The notes below the pieces were generated by a model. It had not been told where the DNA came from. It worked only from the letters and a program-made list of their open reading frames with translations, and did not search any database. Of a stretch of DNA of 51,370 bases, positions 34,237 to 43,554 are shown piece by piece. The stretch spans positions 1 to 51,370 of the forward strand of contig JAUWNU010000003.1 in assembly GCA_030612505.1 (NCBI GenBank), written 5' to 3'. The translations under genes and the position numbers were made by a program. Numbering within the stretch: the first letter of the stretch is position 1; the number at the start of each line of letters is the position of its first letter. This DNA comes from Methanomassiliicoccales archaeon (GTDB taxonomy: Archaea > Thermoplasmatota > Thermoplasmata > SG8-5).

Positions 34237-34873
34237 GATACTGGCATCCATTATTGACAGGGCAATTTTCACACTTTGGGTTGCTGGATGTGCAATGGTT
34301 CTTTCCAAGCTCAACTAAAAGAGCATGAAACTCATTGTACACCTGAGCATCTAGCTTCACTTTCTCCTCGAAGAATGCCTTGACCTCGTCATATTTCTTT
34401 GAATCGAACATTCCGGTGCGCTGGCATATGCGTATTGTGTAGGCATCCACAACAAAGGTTGGATAATTGCCAGCATAAAGAAGAATGGAATCTGCTGTTT
34501 CCGGCCCAATCCCCCTGAATGCCAGCAATTCTTTTCTGACAGACTGAAGCTCGCCGCCCAGCAATTTTTCTATGCTGCCGTCATGATTATCAATAATCTG
34601 TTGGCAGAAATTCTTCAGATAACCTGCCTTTTGCCTGAAGAAACCAGAAGGCCGAATAAGTTCCTCCAGGTATTTTAGATCTGAACTGGCAATTTTTTCC
34701 GTGTCAAGCATTTTGGCATTTTTCAGATTCTCAATGGCCATCTCAACATTTGTCCAGGCAGTTTGCTGGGTAAGGATGGCCCCCACTGCAATTTCAAATG
34801 ATGAGTTGCCGGGCCACCAGTGCTGGAGGCCAAAATGGTCAAAAAGCTTCTTGTACAAAATCATTGGCTGCAT
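34196..34873 (-). CDS. Endonuclease III-related HhH-GPD DNA glycosylase with FeS cluster
   Basis: WWP, GAILTQQTAW, IRPSGFFRQKA, GIGPETADSILLYA, VVDAY, CxxxxxxCxxCxxxxxC. Confidence 0.9.
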   Translation of the reverse strand: MQPMILYKKLFDHFGLQHWWPGNSSFEIAVGAILTQQTAWTNVEMAIENLKNAKMLDTEKIASSDLKYLEELIRPSGFFRQKAGYLKNFCQQIIDNHDGSIEKLLGGELQSVRKELLAFRGIGPETADSILLYAGNYPTFVVDAYTIRICQRTGMFDSKKYDEVKAFFEEKVKLDAQVYNEFHALLVELGKNHCTSSNPKCENCPVNNGCQYPRRTVQSGSQSQR

Positions 34874-34970
34874 CAGAACCTATTATTGACTCTTTATAAA
34901 TAATTTGTAGTCAAAAATAGGTATATCTAACTTTGACAAATATAATTTTCATTCAACTGTCAAACTTAGA

Positions 34971-35723
34971 TCAGAACCACACTGGCTTACCTGCCGCATC
35001 CCTCTTCCACTTGCCGAAATCCTCAATTTCCGCAAGCTGCTGGCCGCTGAAAACCGGACCGTCCTTGCACACAGTATATTTTCCGCACTGGCATGAGCCG
35101 CAGATACCGAAACCGCATTTCATGTACCGCTCCAGGGAGCATTGAATTGAAATATCTCCAGCAAGTCCAACAACCGCAACCATCATTGGCTCCGGCCCGC
35201 AGGCCAGTATCATATCAGGCTTTTTCTCGGCAATGAGCTTTTCGACTACCTGGGTAACAAACCCATGATGGCCACTACTACCATCATCAGTTGCCACATG
35301 AACTTCTCCAAAAGCTTTCATCCGCTCCTGAAAGAGTAAATCAGAAGCAGTTCTCGCACCAATGGCTATCCGAAGATTTTTTCCTGACTGGCTGAGCTTT
35401 TCCGCCGCCTGAGCCAGTGCCGCAATTCCTGTTCCTCCACCTACCAGTAGAAAGTTATTCTCAGATAAATCAAAGCCGTTCCCATAGGGCCCTTTTATAC
35501 CTATCTGGCTGCCTATCTCAAGAGCATGAATGGCCTGGGTTGCCTCACCAACATTGTCCACAGTTATGCCATCAGAATAAGAAAGCGACATTGGAATCTC
35601 ATCAATTCCCGGAATCCAGACCATGATGAATTGGCCGGGTTTTGATTCCACAGGCAATTTAAATTTAATAGTTTTTATATTATTAGTTTCATTTATTACT
35701 TCGCTGACCTGGACAATTTGCAT
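34971..35723 (-). CDS. pyrK: Dihydroorotate dehydrogenase electron-transfer subunit
   Basis: PGQFIMVW, GPYGNGF, GGGTGIA, ACGPEPM, CGFGICGSC..VCKDGPVF. Confidence 0.93.
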   Translation of the reverse strand: MQIVQVSEVINETNNIKTIKFKLPVESKPGQFIMVWIPGIDEIPMSLSYSDGITVDNVGEATQAIHALEIGSQIGIKGPYGNGFDLSENNFLLVGGGTGIAALAQAAEKLSQSGKNLRIAIGARTASDLLFQERMKAFGEVHVATDDGSSGHHGFVTQVVEKLIAEKKPDMILACGPEPMMVAVVGLAGDISIQCSLERYMKCGFGICGSCQCGKYTVCKDGPVFSGQQLAEIEDFGKWKRDAAGKPVWF

Positions 35724-36640
35724 TAAATCCCCTTCCTGGCCATCCCGATAATCTCGTCTAATTTTGAGTAATTCTTTCGGTCCATGAACTCTGAAATTTC
35801 CTGATTTACCTTGCTGAAAACATCAATTCCCTGATAATGAACACCAGAGCCGATCTGAACCGCACTTGCGCCTGCCATGATGTACTCAAGCGCATCCATG
35901 CCAGTGTTTATTCCACCAACACCAATAACCGGAATCTCAACCGTGCCAGAGATCTCGTAAACTGCACGAACTCCGGCAGGCTTGATTGCAGGTCCGCTGA
36001 TTCCTCCAACTTTATTCTTCAGCACTGGCATACCAAGTTCCGGCTCGATCTTCATGGCCTTGATTGTGTTAATAGCAACCACGCCGTCGCCGCCGGCCTC
36101 CTGCACTGCCAGGGCTATCTGGCCAATGTCCGGAACCATTGGACTTAGCTTGGCAAAGACCGGTATTTTCACAGAATTCTTCACTTGACCAACAATCTCT
36201 CGAACTTTCTCAGGGTCCGAGCCCATGTCCAGGCCGTATTTATCAGCATGGGGGCAGCTTAAATTCAATTCCACAGCACTTGCGCCAAATTCTTCCATTT
36301 TTCCAGCCAGTATTGAAAATTTTTCTCCGGTATCAGCAAAAATGCTGCCTATTACAGGAGCATCGCCTTTCAGTGCAATTTTTAACTCGGTTTCAAAAGC
36401 ATCAATTCCCGGGTTTGGCAAACCCATGGCATTCAGCAACCCACCATCCAGTTCCAGTGCGCAGGGACTTCCATGCCCTTCTCTTGGCTCCATGCCAATT
36501 GACTTGGTAACAACGGCTCCTGCTCCGCCCTCATTAATAATTTTTAAAAGTGATTCTCCAGTTTGGCCAAGAATTCCCGAGGCCAGCATGGTGGGATTCT
36601 CCAACTTCAGCCCTGCAATTTCCGTCCTGATGTCTGCCAT
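35723..36640 (-). CDS. pyrD: Dihydroorotate dehydrogenase, family 1B catalytic subunit
   Basis: LENPTMLASG, VTKS, NAMGLPNPG, ELNLSCPH, KLSP, GGISGPAIKP, GVGGI; start taken at ATG 36640. Confidence 0.95.
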   Translation of the reverse strand: MADIRTEIAGLKLENPTMLASGILGQTGESLLKIINEGGAGAVVTKSIGMEPREGHGSPCALELDGGLLNAMGLPNPGIDAFETELKIALKGDAPVIGSIFADTGEKFSILAGKMEEFGASAVELNLSCPHADKYGLDMGSDPEKVREIVGQVKNSVKIPVFAKLSPMVPDIGQIALAVQEAGGDGVVAINTIKAMKIEPELGMPVLKNKVGGISGPAIKPAGVRAVYEISGTVEIPVIGVGGINTGMDALEYIMAGASAVQIGSGVHYQGIDVFSKVNQEISEFMDRKNYSKLDEIIGMARKGI

Positions 36641-36705
36641 CAGGTGATGTGGAGATTGTGGAGGCCTAATAAATGTTTCCATCCGCAATAGTTTCTTTCA
36701 CTCGT

Positions 36706-36910
36706 GTGTTATTGCGGGCTTTTTGATATTATGCCTGTGAGTTGTTTTAAGCCATATCAAGTCGGATTCTACATTAACTTTGATTTAATTTTTGAATCCA
36801 ACAATCGCTTTCAGATTAATGTAAGCAGTATGGCATTGGATTTAAATTAGATATGTTGCCATGCCATTGTCGAATGCTCTGTTTAAATAAGTTTTGAGTT
36901 GCATTCAACT
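36706..36910. repeat. Dispersed non-coding repeat, copy B (partner at 10921-11125)
   Basis: Same orientation as copy A; ~77% identical over 180 bp by manual alignment; both end in ATTCAACT. Confidence 0.85.
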
Positions 36911-37184
36911 ATTTATGGGACTTGACCTCAACAAATTCATTCAAAAACACCCCTACTTCCTGGGTATCCGGGGCACAGATACCAACTATATCGCGAGTAA
37001 TTTTCTCACCAGTTTAGAGGGAGAAATTTACATTAATCCTCAGAGTCCTGGCTAACACTATCTAATCAGCTTACATTCAACAGTCAAATTAACTAATCAA
37101 CTAAACGAAAGCTTCAAGATGTCAGTTCTGCGTTGGAAATTCGGTCAGCAGAATTGCTCTTGATGGTTTGCCCAATAAAAAGCA

Positions 37185-40100
37185 TTAATCTTCTAAGAAA
37201 GAAGTTCCACAGTGAGAACATTCTTCAGCATCTGCAGCAACAAAATTACCACAATCTTCACAATAGGTATCACACTCAGGGCACCTATACATTCCATTGA
37301 AGATTTCATACATGTGGCCACATAATTTACAATGATTAATCTTAGGTATCTGTAATTGACCATTAGGTAATTTTTCAAGGCGATTTTTTTGTTGTAAAGT
37401 AGTAACAACACTGCCCACTCTCTTTCGAACCATTTCTCCAGTTCTGTTAAAACCAAATAATCTTGCTGTCTGAGCTATAATATCTTCTCTGGTTAGGCTG
37501 AAAGCATTCTCCACTACAAGACAAGCGGCCTCACCAATCTCTTCTTTTGCTATCAAATTTATTGTTCTGGGCTTATGCCCTGGTGCAGGAATTCTAACCT
37601 TTGGAGTGGTCATTGATGTTTTCCATACAAATTCGTCTTTTAAGGACAAATTATCCGAACAATTGATTCTGTAAATGATATTGTTTATAATTTTAGAACC
37701 GGCTTTATTCATACACCAGAATTGAGCGACCCTTCGAGAGGCCTCCCTTATGTGAATTGGGCCTTCAACTTGAACAACACGATATAATATATTACCCACC
37801 TGGTAGCTTCCATAAAATTCTTTTGGTTCACCAAATATTTGAACATTTGTTTTACTATAATATTTGACATTAGAAGGCAATTTAAAGTTATCATTTTCCT
37901 CATCAACTTCTTCGGATTCTTCAAAAGATTCATCTCGTTCTTCTTCAATTTCTGGCTCAATCTTCAAAGGTTGTTTTTTTTTGACTGGAGTGGTAAGAGC
38001 TTTCTTAATCTTTTCAATCTCCCCTTTGGGATTGTCAATCCAGTCTCTAGACCATATTCTGTGGATTCTCCATCCGAGGTTTTCAAGAACTTGTTGTCTC
38101 AATCTATCCCTGTCTCGAGCAGTCTTACCTGAATGATAACTGGCTCCGTCACATTCTATTCCCAGTAGATACAGACCAGGCTTATCAGAGTCAACTATAG
38201 CTAAATCTATTTTATAGCCTGAGCAACCAACTTGCTTCTGCACTTTGAAACCTTCAGCAACAAGGGCATTCCACACTTCTTCTTCAAATGGAGAATCAAA
38301 GTCACTTTCAATTTCTTCTGCACTGTGGGCAAACATTGCTGAAGGTCCATCTTGAGCATATTCCATGTAGTTTTTGAGGAGTTTAACACCTCTGCTCTGT
38401 GTCTTAGAAACATCCATATCATAAGGTAAAATTGATGATACCAATTTAACATGCGATCGAGCTCTTGTGATGGCCACATTCAATCTTCGTTCTCCACCCT
38501 TCTGATTCAGTGGGCCAAAACTCATGGACATTCTTCCCAGAGCGTCTTTGCCATACCCAACACTGAAGAACATAACTTCACGCTCATCGCCTTGTACATT
38601 CTCCAGGTTTCGCACGAAGAAGTTTTCCTCTAAATCCTCATTGAAGAAGGGTTCAAGTGAGGTGTCCTCTCGCCTCTTCCGCTCCAACTCATCGTTGATA
38701 GCCAGCATTTGTGCTTCACTGAAGGCAACCACACCAAGGGTTTTATCTGGGTGTGTTCTGAAATGTTCAAACACTAAGTCTGCAACCTTTCTTGCCTCAT
38801 CAACATTCCTTCGGCTTTTTCCCCTGTCATAGACCCCTCCTTCAACATATACATGCTCTACTCCAGCGTAGTCGTCTTTTGCTGTAATACTTGGGAATGT
38901 GTTGAGTCTGTTCATATAGAAATTAAAATTGGAAAATGCAATTAGATTTTCATGCTTACTTCTATAGTGCCACATCAACAGTTTAGACGGGAGCCCAATG
39001 CTATCACACTCATCCAGTATGCTCTCAAATTCATCCATTTCTTCATAGGACTCATCATCAAAGTCATCAACTCCCGATGAAACAAAGAACTTGGTTGGTG
39101 GAAGCTGCTTATTATCTCCAACAACAATAACTTCACGTCCGCGCATAATTGCACCTATGGCATCTTCAGGGCATATCTGTGAGGCTTCATCAAACACAAC
39201 TACATCAAATTTATAGATATCTGGGTCAATGAACTGGCTCACAGACAAAGGACTCATAAGTATACAAGGTTTGATTGTTAGCAATAAGTTTGATATCTCG
39301 GAAAATAAAACTCTAATTGGCTTATGTCTCCTCTTCTTATTTGCTTCTCTTTTTATTATGCTTTGTTCTGAACTTGGAGCATCAACCCATTGGTTGTGTG
39401 GTTTTTTATTAGCAAGTTTCAAGACTAATCTCTTCTCTGAAATATTAATGAGTTCGGTATCTAACTTGACAAAACGTTCAATATATGCTTCATGTTGTTT
39501 GCTACTGAAGTTGATTAGAACTTCATCTTCGGAATAAACATAATCTATCCAATGCCGGTAAAATCCTTTATAAAATGCACTTTTCAGACTCTTAGAATCT
39601 AATTCTTTTTCAAATGAATTATCTATGAAATCTTGTAGTTTATGGATCTTAAATTTCTTAATAATTCCATAATACGAAATCCAATCTTTTAGTTGTTGAA
39701 TGTTCTCAATCTTCTGCTCTATCCATTGATATAACTTTAGATACTCACATTTATTAAAAGGGACTTCAGAAAACAAGTCTGGCTCCTCATCAAAGTAGCT
39801 CATGATTTTATCATGTCTTTGAGCAAGTCCTTTGTTGATATATTCTCTTATCTTATCTGGTTTCATGCCGGACAATTTGGATCTTGTTTCAATATCATTT
39901 GAGGCAATTTTAACAACCTTATCTGGAACCGTATTATTTGAGAAGATATTCTGCAATTTGCTTGTCCATTCGAGGGCATTGGATATTTGAGACCAATCTG
40001 TTTTCTCTCCAATATAATAATGTCTAAACGTTTTCTTGAAATTTATTTCATGGCCTTCTAATTGTCTCTTTAACTTCGTTACATCAATCATCTTTTTTAG

Positions 40101-42032
40101 GTCTTTAAGTGCATCATTGTATTTCAATTTTGAATTTTTGGAGTATTGGGACAACTTGTTCATATCCTGTTTATAACTCCCCTTAAATATCCTGAAAAAT
40201 GAAGTGTAGTCATTGAGGAATCGAGAGTATAGGGATTGGATATCTAAGCTGAAAATCTCTTTATCATACCTATTAGAAATAGCATTTATTTCCGTTAAGT
40301 ATTTTGAGGTTATGCTTTCCCCTTCCAAAGCCAAATCTCCAATTTCTGTGAGGTCTGAATCATTTATCCAGGCCTCTGGTGGAGATGGAGACACGGTCAA
40401 ATGTTCAGCGCATTTACAGAGCCATTCAGCGACACCCACATTTTTTGGAGGGGAGTATGACAAAATACTTGCTAAGTTATTTCCTCTTTGTTGAACATTG
40501 GTTATTGTATTTTTATATGATTCAAAATCCTCTTGAACTGTATTTTGAACTTCAAAAGAATATTGCCCTATATTACATCCTTTCCAAGGATGGCTTAAAT
40601 GATTATCATAAATATGACCCATAGAGGTAAGGCGATCCAGTAGTGTATCATACTCTTCAAAAGACTGGTCATTCACATCAGAGATATTTGGAACCTTGAA
40701 TCGTAAATCTGGGGCGTCATCTAACGCCGCGAGTTCTCCATGCACTTGGTAAGCAGAGAGATTCAACTTAGTTCTTTTCTTATGTAGTGCCATCACATAG
40801 CTGTTCAACCGTCCCCTTAATTTTTGTAATTCGTTGAGCTTTTGAAGTTGTTTACTATTAACTTTCGGCCTATTATTTTCGGCATCAAGTGTGTTTCCAA
40901 GTTCTGTAATTACTTGTTTTTTATTGGCTTTGTGACTGTGCAACTCAAGGCAGAACTCACCTAAGCTATGTTGATCCAGTCTCTTTTTGACAACTTCTAA
41001 TGCAGCCATTTTCTCACTAACAAAAAGAACTGTTTTATCTGCTTCTAAACATTCTGCAATAATATTGGCTATGGTTTGACTTTTTCCTGTTCCAGGAGGC
41101 CCTTGAATTATGAAGCTAACTCCCCTCTTTGCAGCTATAATAGCTTCCTGTTGGCTTGAATCCGCATCTAATATCTGAAATGTTTCTTCGGGTTTGATTT
41201 CATAATCTAACTTCTCTGCAGTTGGCAAATCTCTTGGCACTTTAGGCAGCTTAGAGCTGTCCCCTGCCAGAGCACAAACAATAGGATGATCACCGAGGAC
41301 TTTGCTGTAAGTTTCAAGGTCTTTGAACATTATAAATTTCTTAAATGAAAATAGGCCTAGATGAACTTCATTTGTAATATTCCAGCCAGGAAGTTTGTTA
41401 ATTTTAGTCTCTATTTTTCTATATTCAGTACTCAAATCAAAATCATCTAAATCTGGCAATTCTTGGAATGTCAGGTTAAAATCATTTAATAATTTTTGAA
41501 GAAGTGTTGGATTAAATATTATTTCTTCTTCTAATAACTTAATCTTAAATGGTTCGGTAATTGATTCCCTTTTTATTTTAACAGGCGCAAGGAACAGTGG
41601 TGATCTAATAATCTTATCACTTGCATCAGCCTCTGTCCAGTTAAGCATGCCAAAAGCCACATAAAGTATGTTAACCCCTTGTTCTAAAAAGGCAGTATTA
41701 GATCTGAGCCGGATTGTATTCAAAATTCTATTCTGGTCTCCCTCATTCTTAGCTGTAATCAAATCTTTTTGATTGAGTTTATAATTGCCAAATGAAATTT
41801 CAGATAATGACATCTCTTGAATGTCATTGAAAATTCTTCCTTGCCACTTAAAAATCATCTCACGACCTTTCTTTACTAAAGTGTCGAAAGCATCCTCTGG
41901 CTGAGGATATAAAATATTGACTGAACCGGTTTTAGTTTCCCGGAAGTTAAGAAGCCTATTTCTTTTGCTGAGGTCAATTAGGTTAGCCTTCCATTGTTCA
42001 ATTTTTTGATTCAATTCTGGGTTACTGGTCAT
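37185..42032 (-). CDS. DUF4011 + SF1 (UPF1/DNA2-like) helicase + Vsr-like/MTES_1575 nuclease + DUF3320-like domain + double Zn ribbon (Hhe-like defence protein)
   Basis: W..NLIDLSKRNRLLNF, DADSSQQEAI, QGPPGTGKSQTI, MSPLSV, FDEASQ, GDNKQLPP, HYRS, ENVQGDER, RRLNVAITRAR, DSPFEEEV..GIECDG..YHS..ARDRDRLRQ..GWRIHRIWS. Confidence 0.9.
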   Translation of the reverse strand: MTSNPELNQKIEQWKANLIDLSKRNRLLNFRETKTGSVNILYPQPEDAFDTLVKKGREMIFKWQGRIFNDIQEMSLSEISFGNYKLNQKDLITAKNEGDQNRILNTIRLRSNTAFLEQGVNILYVAFGMLNWTEADASDKIIRSPLFLAPVKIKRESITEPFKIKLLEEEIIFNPTLLQKLLNDFNLTFQELPDLDDFDLSTEYRKIETKINKLPGWNITNEVHLGLFSFKKFIMFKDLETYSKVLGDHPIVCALAGDSSKLPKVPRDLPTAEKLDYEIKPEETFQILDADSSQQEAIIAAKRGVSFIIQGPPGTGKSQTIANIIAECLEADKTVLFVSEKMAALEVVKKRLDQHSLGEFCLELHSHKANKKQVITELGNTLDAENNRPKVNSKQLQKLNELQKLRGRLNSYVMALHKKRTKLNLSAYQVHGELAALDDAPDLRFKVPNISDVNDQSFEEYDTLLDRLTSMGHIYDNHLSHPWKGCNIGQYSFEVQNTVQEDFESYKNTITNVQQRGNNLASILSYSPPKNVGVAEWLCKCAEHLTVSPSPPEAWINDSDLTEIGDLALEGESITSKYLTEINAISNRYDKEIFSLDIQSLYSRFLNDYTSFFRIFKGSYKQDMNKLSQYSKNSKLKYNDALKDLKKMIDVTKLKRQLEGHEINFKKTFRHYYIGEKTDWSQISNALEWTSKLQNIFSNNTVPDKVVKIASNDIETRSKLSGMKPDKIREYINKGLAQRHDKIMSYFDEEPDLFSEVPFNKCEYLKLYQWIEQKIENIQQLKDWISYYGIIKKFKIHKLQDFIDNSFEKELDSKSLKSAFYKGFYRHWIDYVYSEDEVLINFSSKQHEAYIERFVKLDTELINISEKRLVLKLANKKPHNQWVDAPSSEQSIIKREANKKRRHKPIRVLFSEISNLLLTIKPCILMSPLSVSQFIDPDIYKFDVVVFDEASQICPEDAIGAIMRGREVIVVGDNKQLPPTKFFVSSGVDDFDDESYEEMDEFESILDECDSIGLPSKLLMWHYRSKHENLIAFSNFNFYMNRLNTFPSITAKDDYAGVEHVYVEGGVYDRGKSRRNVDEARKVADLVFEHFRTHPDKTLGVVAFSEAQMLAINDELERKRREDTSLEPFFNEDLEENFFVRNLENVQGDEREVMFFSVGYGKDALGRMSMSFGPLNQKGGERRLNVAITRARSHVKLVSSILPYDMDVSKTQSRGVKLLKNYMEYAQDGPSAMFAHSAEEIESDFDSPFEEEVWNALVAEGFKVQKQVGCSGYKIDLAIVDSDKPGLYLLGIECDGASYHSGKTARDRDRLRQQVLENLGWRIHRIWSRDWIDNPKGEIEKIKKALTTPVKKKQPLKIEPEIEEERDESFEESEEVDEENDNFKLPSNVKYYSKTNVQIFGEPKEFYGSYQVGNILYRVVQVEGPIHIREASRRVAQFWCMNKAGSKIINNIIYRINCSDNLSLKDEFVWKTSMTTPKVRIPAPGHKPRTINLIAKEEIGEAACLVVENAFSLTREDIIAQTARLFGFNRTGEMVRKRVGSVVTTLQQKNRLEKLPNGQLQIPKINHCKLCGHMYEIFNGMYRCPECDTYCEDCGNFVAADAEECSHCGTSFLED

Positions 42033-42098
42033 ATTGTGCCTCTTCCTACTGGGTAAGAGAGTTGTGATTTAACTTCTTTTCCTATTCCTACTTTAGTC

Positions 42099-42578
42099 TC
42101 AAAGTTCTAATGTCATAACAAAACCTTGCCGCATTTCTGGATGTCCTCTAAAATGCTCGTCTATTCTTGTTTCACATTTCTTTAGCTGTAATATATGTTC
42201 AATGTATAGCAATAAATCGTATCCCTCTTCATCATATGCCTTGAGTTCATCTTTGAATGCTCGATATTCTTTTTTATTGAACTTATGGTGCTGGAGTGAT
42301 TGGAGAAAATTATCAAGTTCATTAATCAGATAACGGTAATGGGAAATTAAGGCCTGGGCACTTGCTTGAACCTCAGGTTCGTCTGTAATTGAATCTAAAT
42401 ACCCAATCCAATTTTGAATTACATTCTTGTATAATTCAAATTCTACTAAAGCGACAGGGCCACCCATTACACTATGCTCTGGGCAAATCTGGGTTAAGTT
42501 GTTTGTATCCCTATCTACTCTTGCTAACATCCTATCAACATAATCGTATAATTTGTCTGAAATTTCATCTTCAGTCAT
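42099..42578 (-). CDS. Hypothetical helical protein (159 aa)
   Basis: ATG ORF, co-oriented 66 bp upstream of the helicase; no recognised motif. Confidence 0.6.
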   Translation of the reverse strand: MTEDEISDKLYDYVDRMLARVDRDTNNLTQICPEHSVMGGPVALVEFELYKNVIQNWIGYLDSITDEPEVQASAQALISHYRYLINELDNFLQSLQHHKFNKKEYRAFKDELKAYDEEGYDLLLYIEHILQLKKCETRIDEHFRGHPEMRQGFVMTLEL

Positions 42579-42722
42579 ATTCTCACAACCTGCTCTATTA
42601 GAAGCTCTAATACAATAAATTGATTTCCTAGGTGAACATCATTTAAAAAGAGGAACGATTTATCCGCAACCGAGATTGCTAATTTTTTCTGAACTAAGAA
42701 TGAGTCAGTGGGTTCTATTTTA

Positions 42723-42837
42723 AATCGGGAGGGCTGACACCCGGAAGCCCGAACGATATCACTCTAAGAGTGAGACGTGGTCGTAGGACCTGGCCACGAG
42801 TGGAGTGCCCGGCAATCTCACTGCTCGGGACGCCTGG
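42723..42837. repeat. Structured intergenic repeat, copy 1 of 3
   Basis: AATCGGGAGGGCTGACACCCGGAAGCCCGAACGATATCACTCTAAGAGTGAGACGTGGTCGTAGGACCTGGCCACG... Confidence 0.9.
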
Positions 42838-42839
42838 AA

Positions 42840-43268
42840 TTATCCAAATATGCCAATGCCTAATGTTAAAAGAACTGAGATTATTGCAATATAAAGTGCT
42901 AAAATTGCTAACATGTATGAATATTTTCGGTCAAGTACCGCACCAAGTTCAAACCAAGCATTCTGTAATTTCATTATTGCAGAACTACCTTTAGCAGTTG
43001 ACCAAGATTGGAAGAAGCCCATTGAGATACCCGGGCCACTAACTGGCTCAATAAGAAGTGAGTAGCAATCCTCAATTTTTTTCTCATATATTAATTGCAG
43101 TTTTTTCTTCTGGGTATTAATTCTCTGTAATTTTACAACATTCAAAGGATTTAGAAAATTAATTGAATCCACTTTGCGATACAATTTTCGTATTGAATTA
43201 TATACTGGCTCTATAGTTTTTTCGATATTTAATGTAGGTATTAGAATAGTTCCCATATTTTTAACCAT
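42840..43268 (-). CDS. Hypothetical protein (142 aa) with a C-terminal TM helix
   Basis: ATG 43268 preceded by AGGAG; hydrophobic tail YMLAILALYIAIISVLLTLGIGIFG; low GC; lies between repeat copies 1 and 2. Confidence 0.65.
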   Translation of the reverse strand: MVKNMGTILIPTLNIEKTIEPVYNSIRKLYRKVDSINFLNPLNVVKLQRINTQKKKLQLIYEKKIEDCYSLLIEPVSGPGISMGFFQSWSTAKGSSAIMKLQNAWFELGAVLDRKYSYMLAILALYIAIISVLLTLGIGIFG

Positions 43269-43371
43269 ATAATTTTCTCCTAACTGGCACATCTCCTTCC
43301 CTGCGTAGAACTCCGCTCGCCCAAGTGAATGCCCAAAAGCGGATAAAAGCCTTTCTACGGCTCCAGTATTC

Positions 43372-43485
43372 AATCGGGAGGGCTGACACCCGGAAGCCCG
43401 AACGATATCACTATAAGAGTGAGATGCGGTCGAAGACCTGGCCATGACTAACATGCCAGTTCTGTTTTCATCATCTTGCCACCGG
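43372..43485. repeat. Structured intergenic repeat, copy 2 of 3
   Basis: First 41 bp identical to copy 1; right part CCAGTTCTnnTTTCATCATCTTG shared with copy 3. Confidence 0.9.
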
Positions 43486-43520
43486 AACAGACGATTTTAA
43501 ATTGTAGCCTATATTCTGCC

Positions 43521-43554
43521 AATCCCTCAATCTAAAATCCCTCAATCTAAAATC
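43521..43554. repeat. 15-bp tandem duplication AATCCCTCAATCTAA x2 (+AATC)
   Basis: Exact copies at 43521 and 43536, abutting the stop codon of the AlbA_2 gene. Confidence 0.85.

Noticed and set aside
36911-37184. Possible decayed PD-(D/E)xK nuclease fragment (RDIVG.. and FVEVKS in different minus frames) and a small GGTATC/GATACC hairpin
   Set aside because: Motifs are too short and broken by stops and frameshifts to support without a search
43269-43454. N-terminal 62 aa of the listed 204-aa ORF, and ORFs 42770-42994 and 44847-45281
   Set aside because: They run through the non-coding repeat or lie antisense to real genes; a good RBS supports ATG 43268
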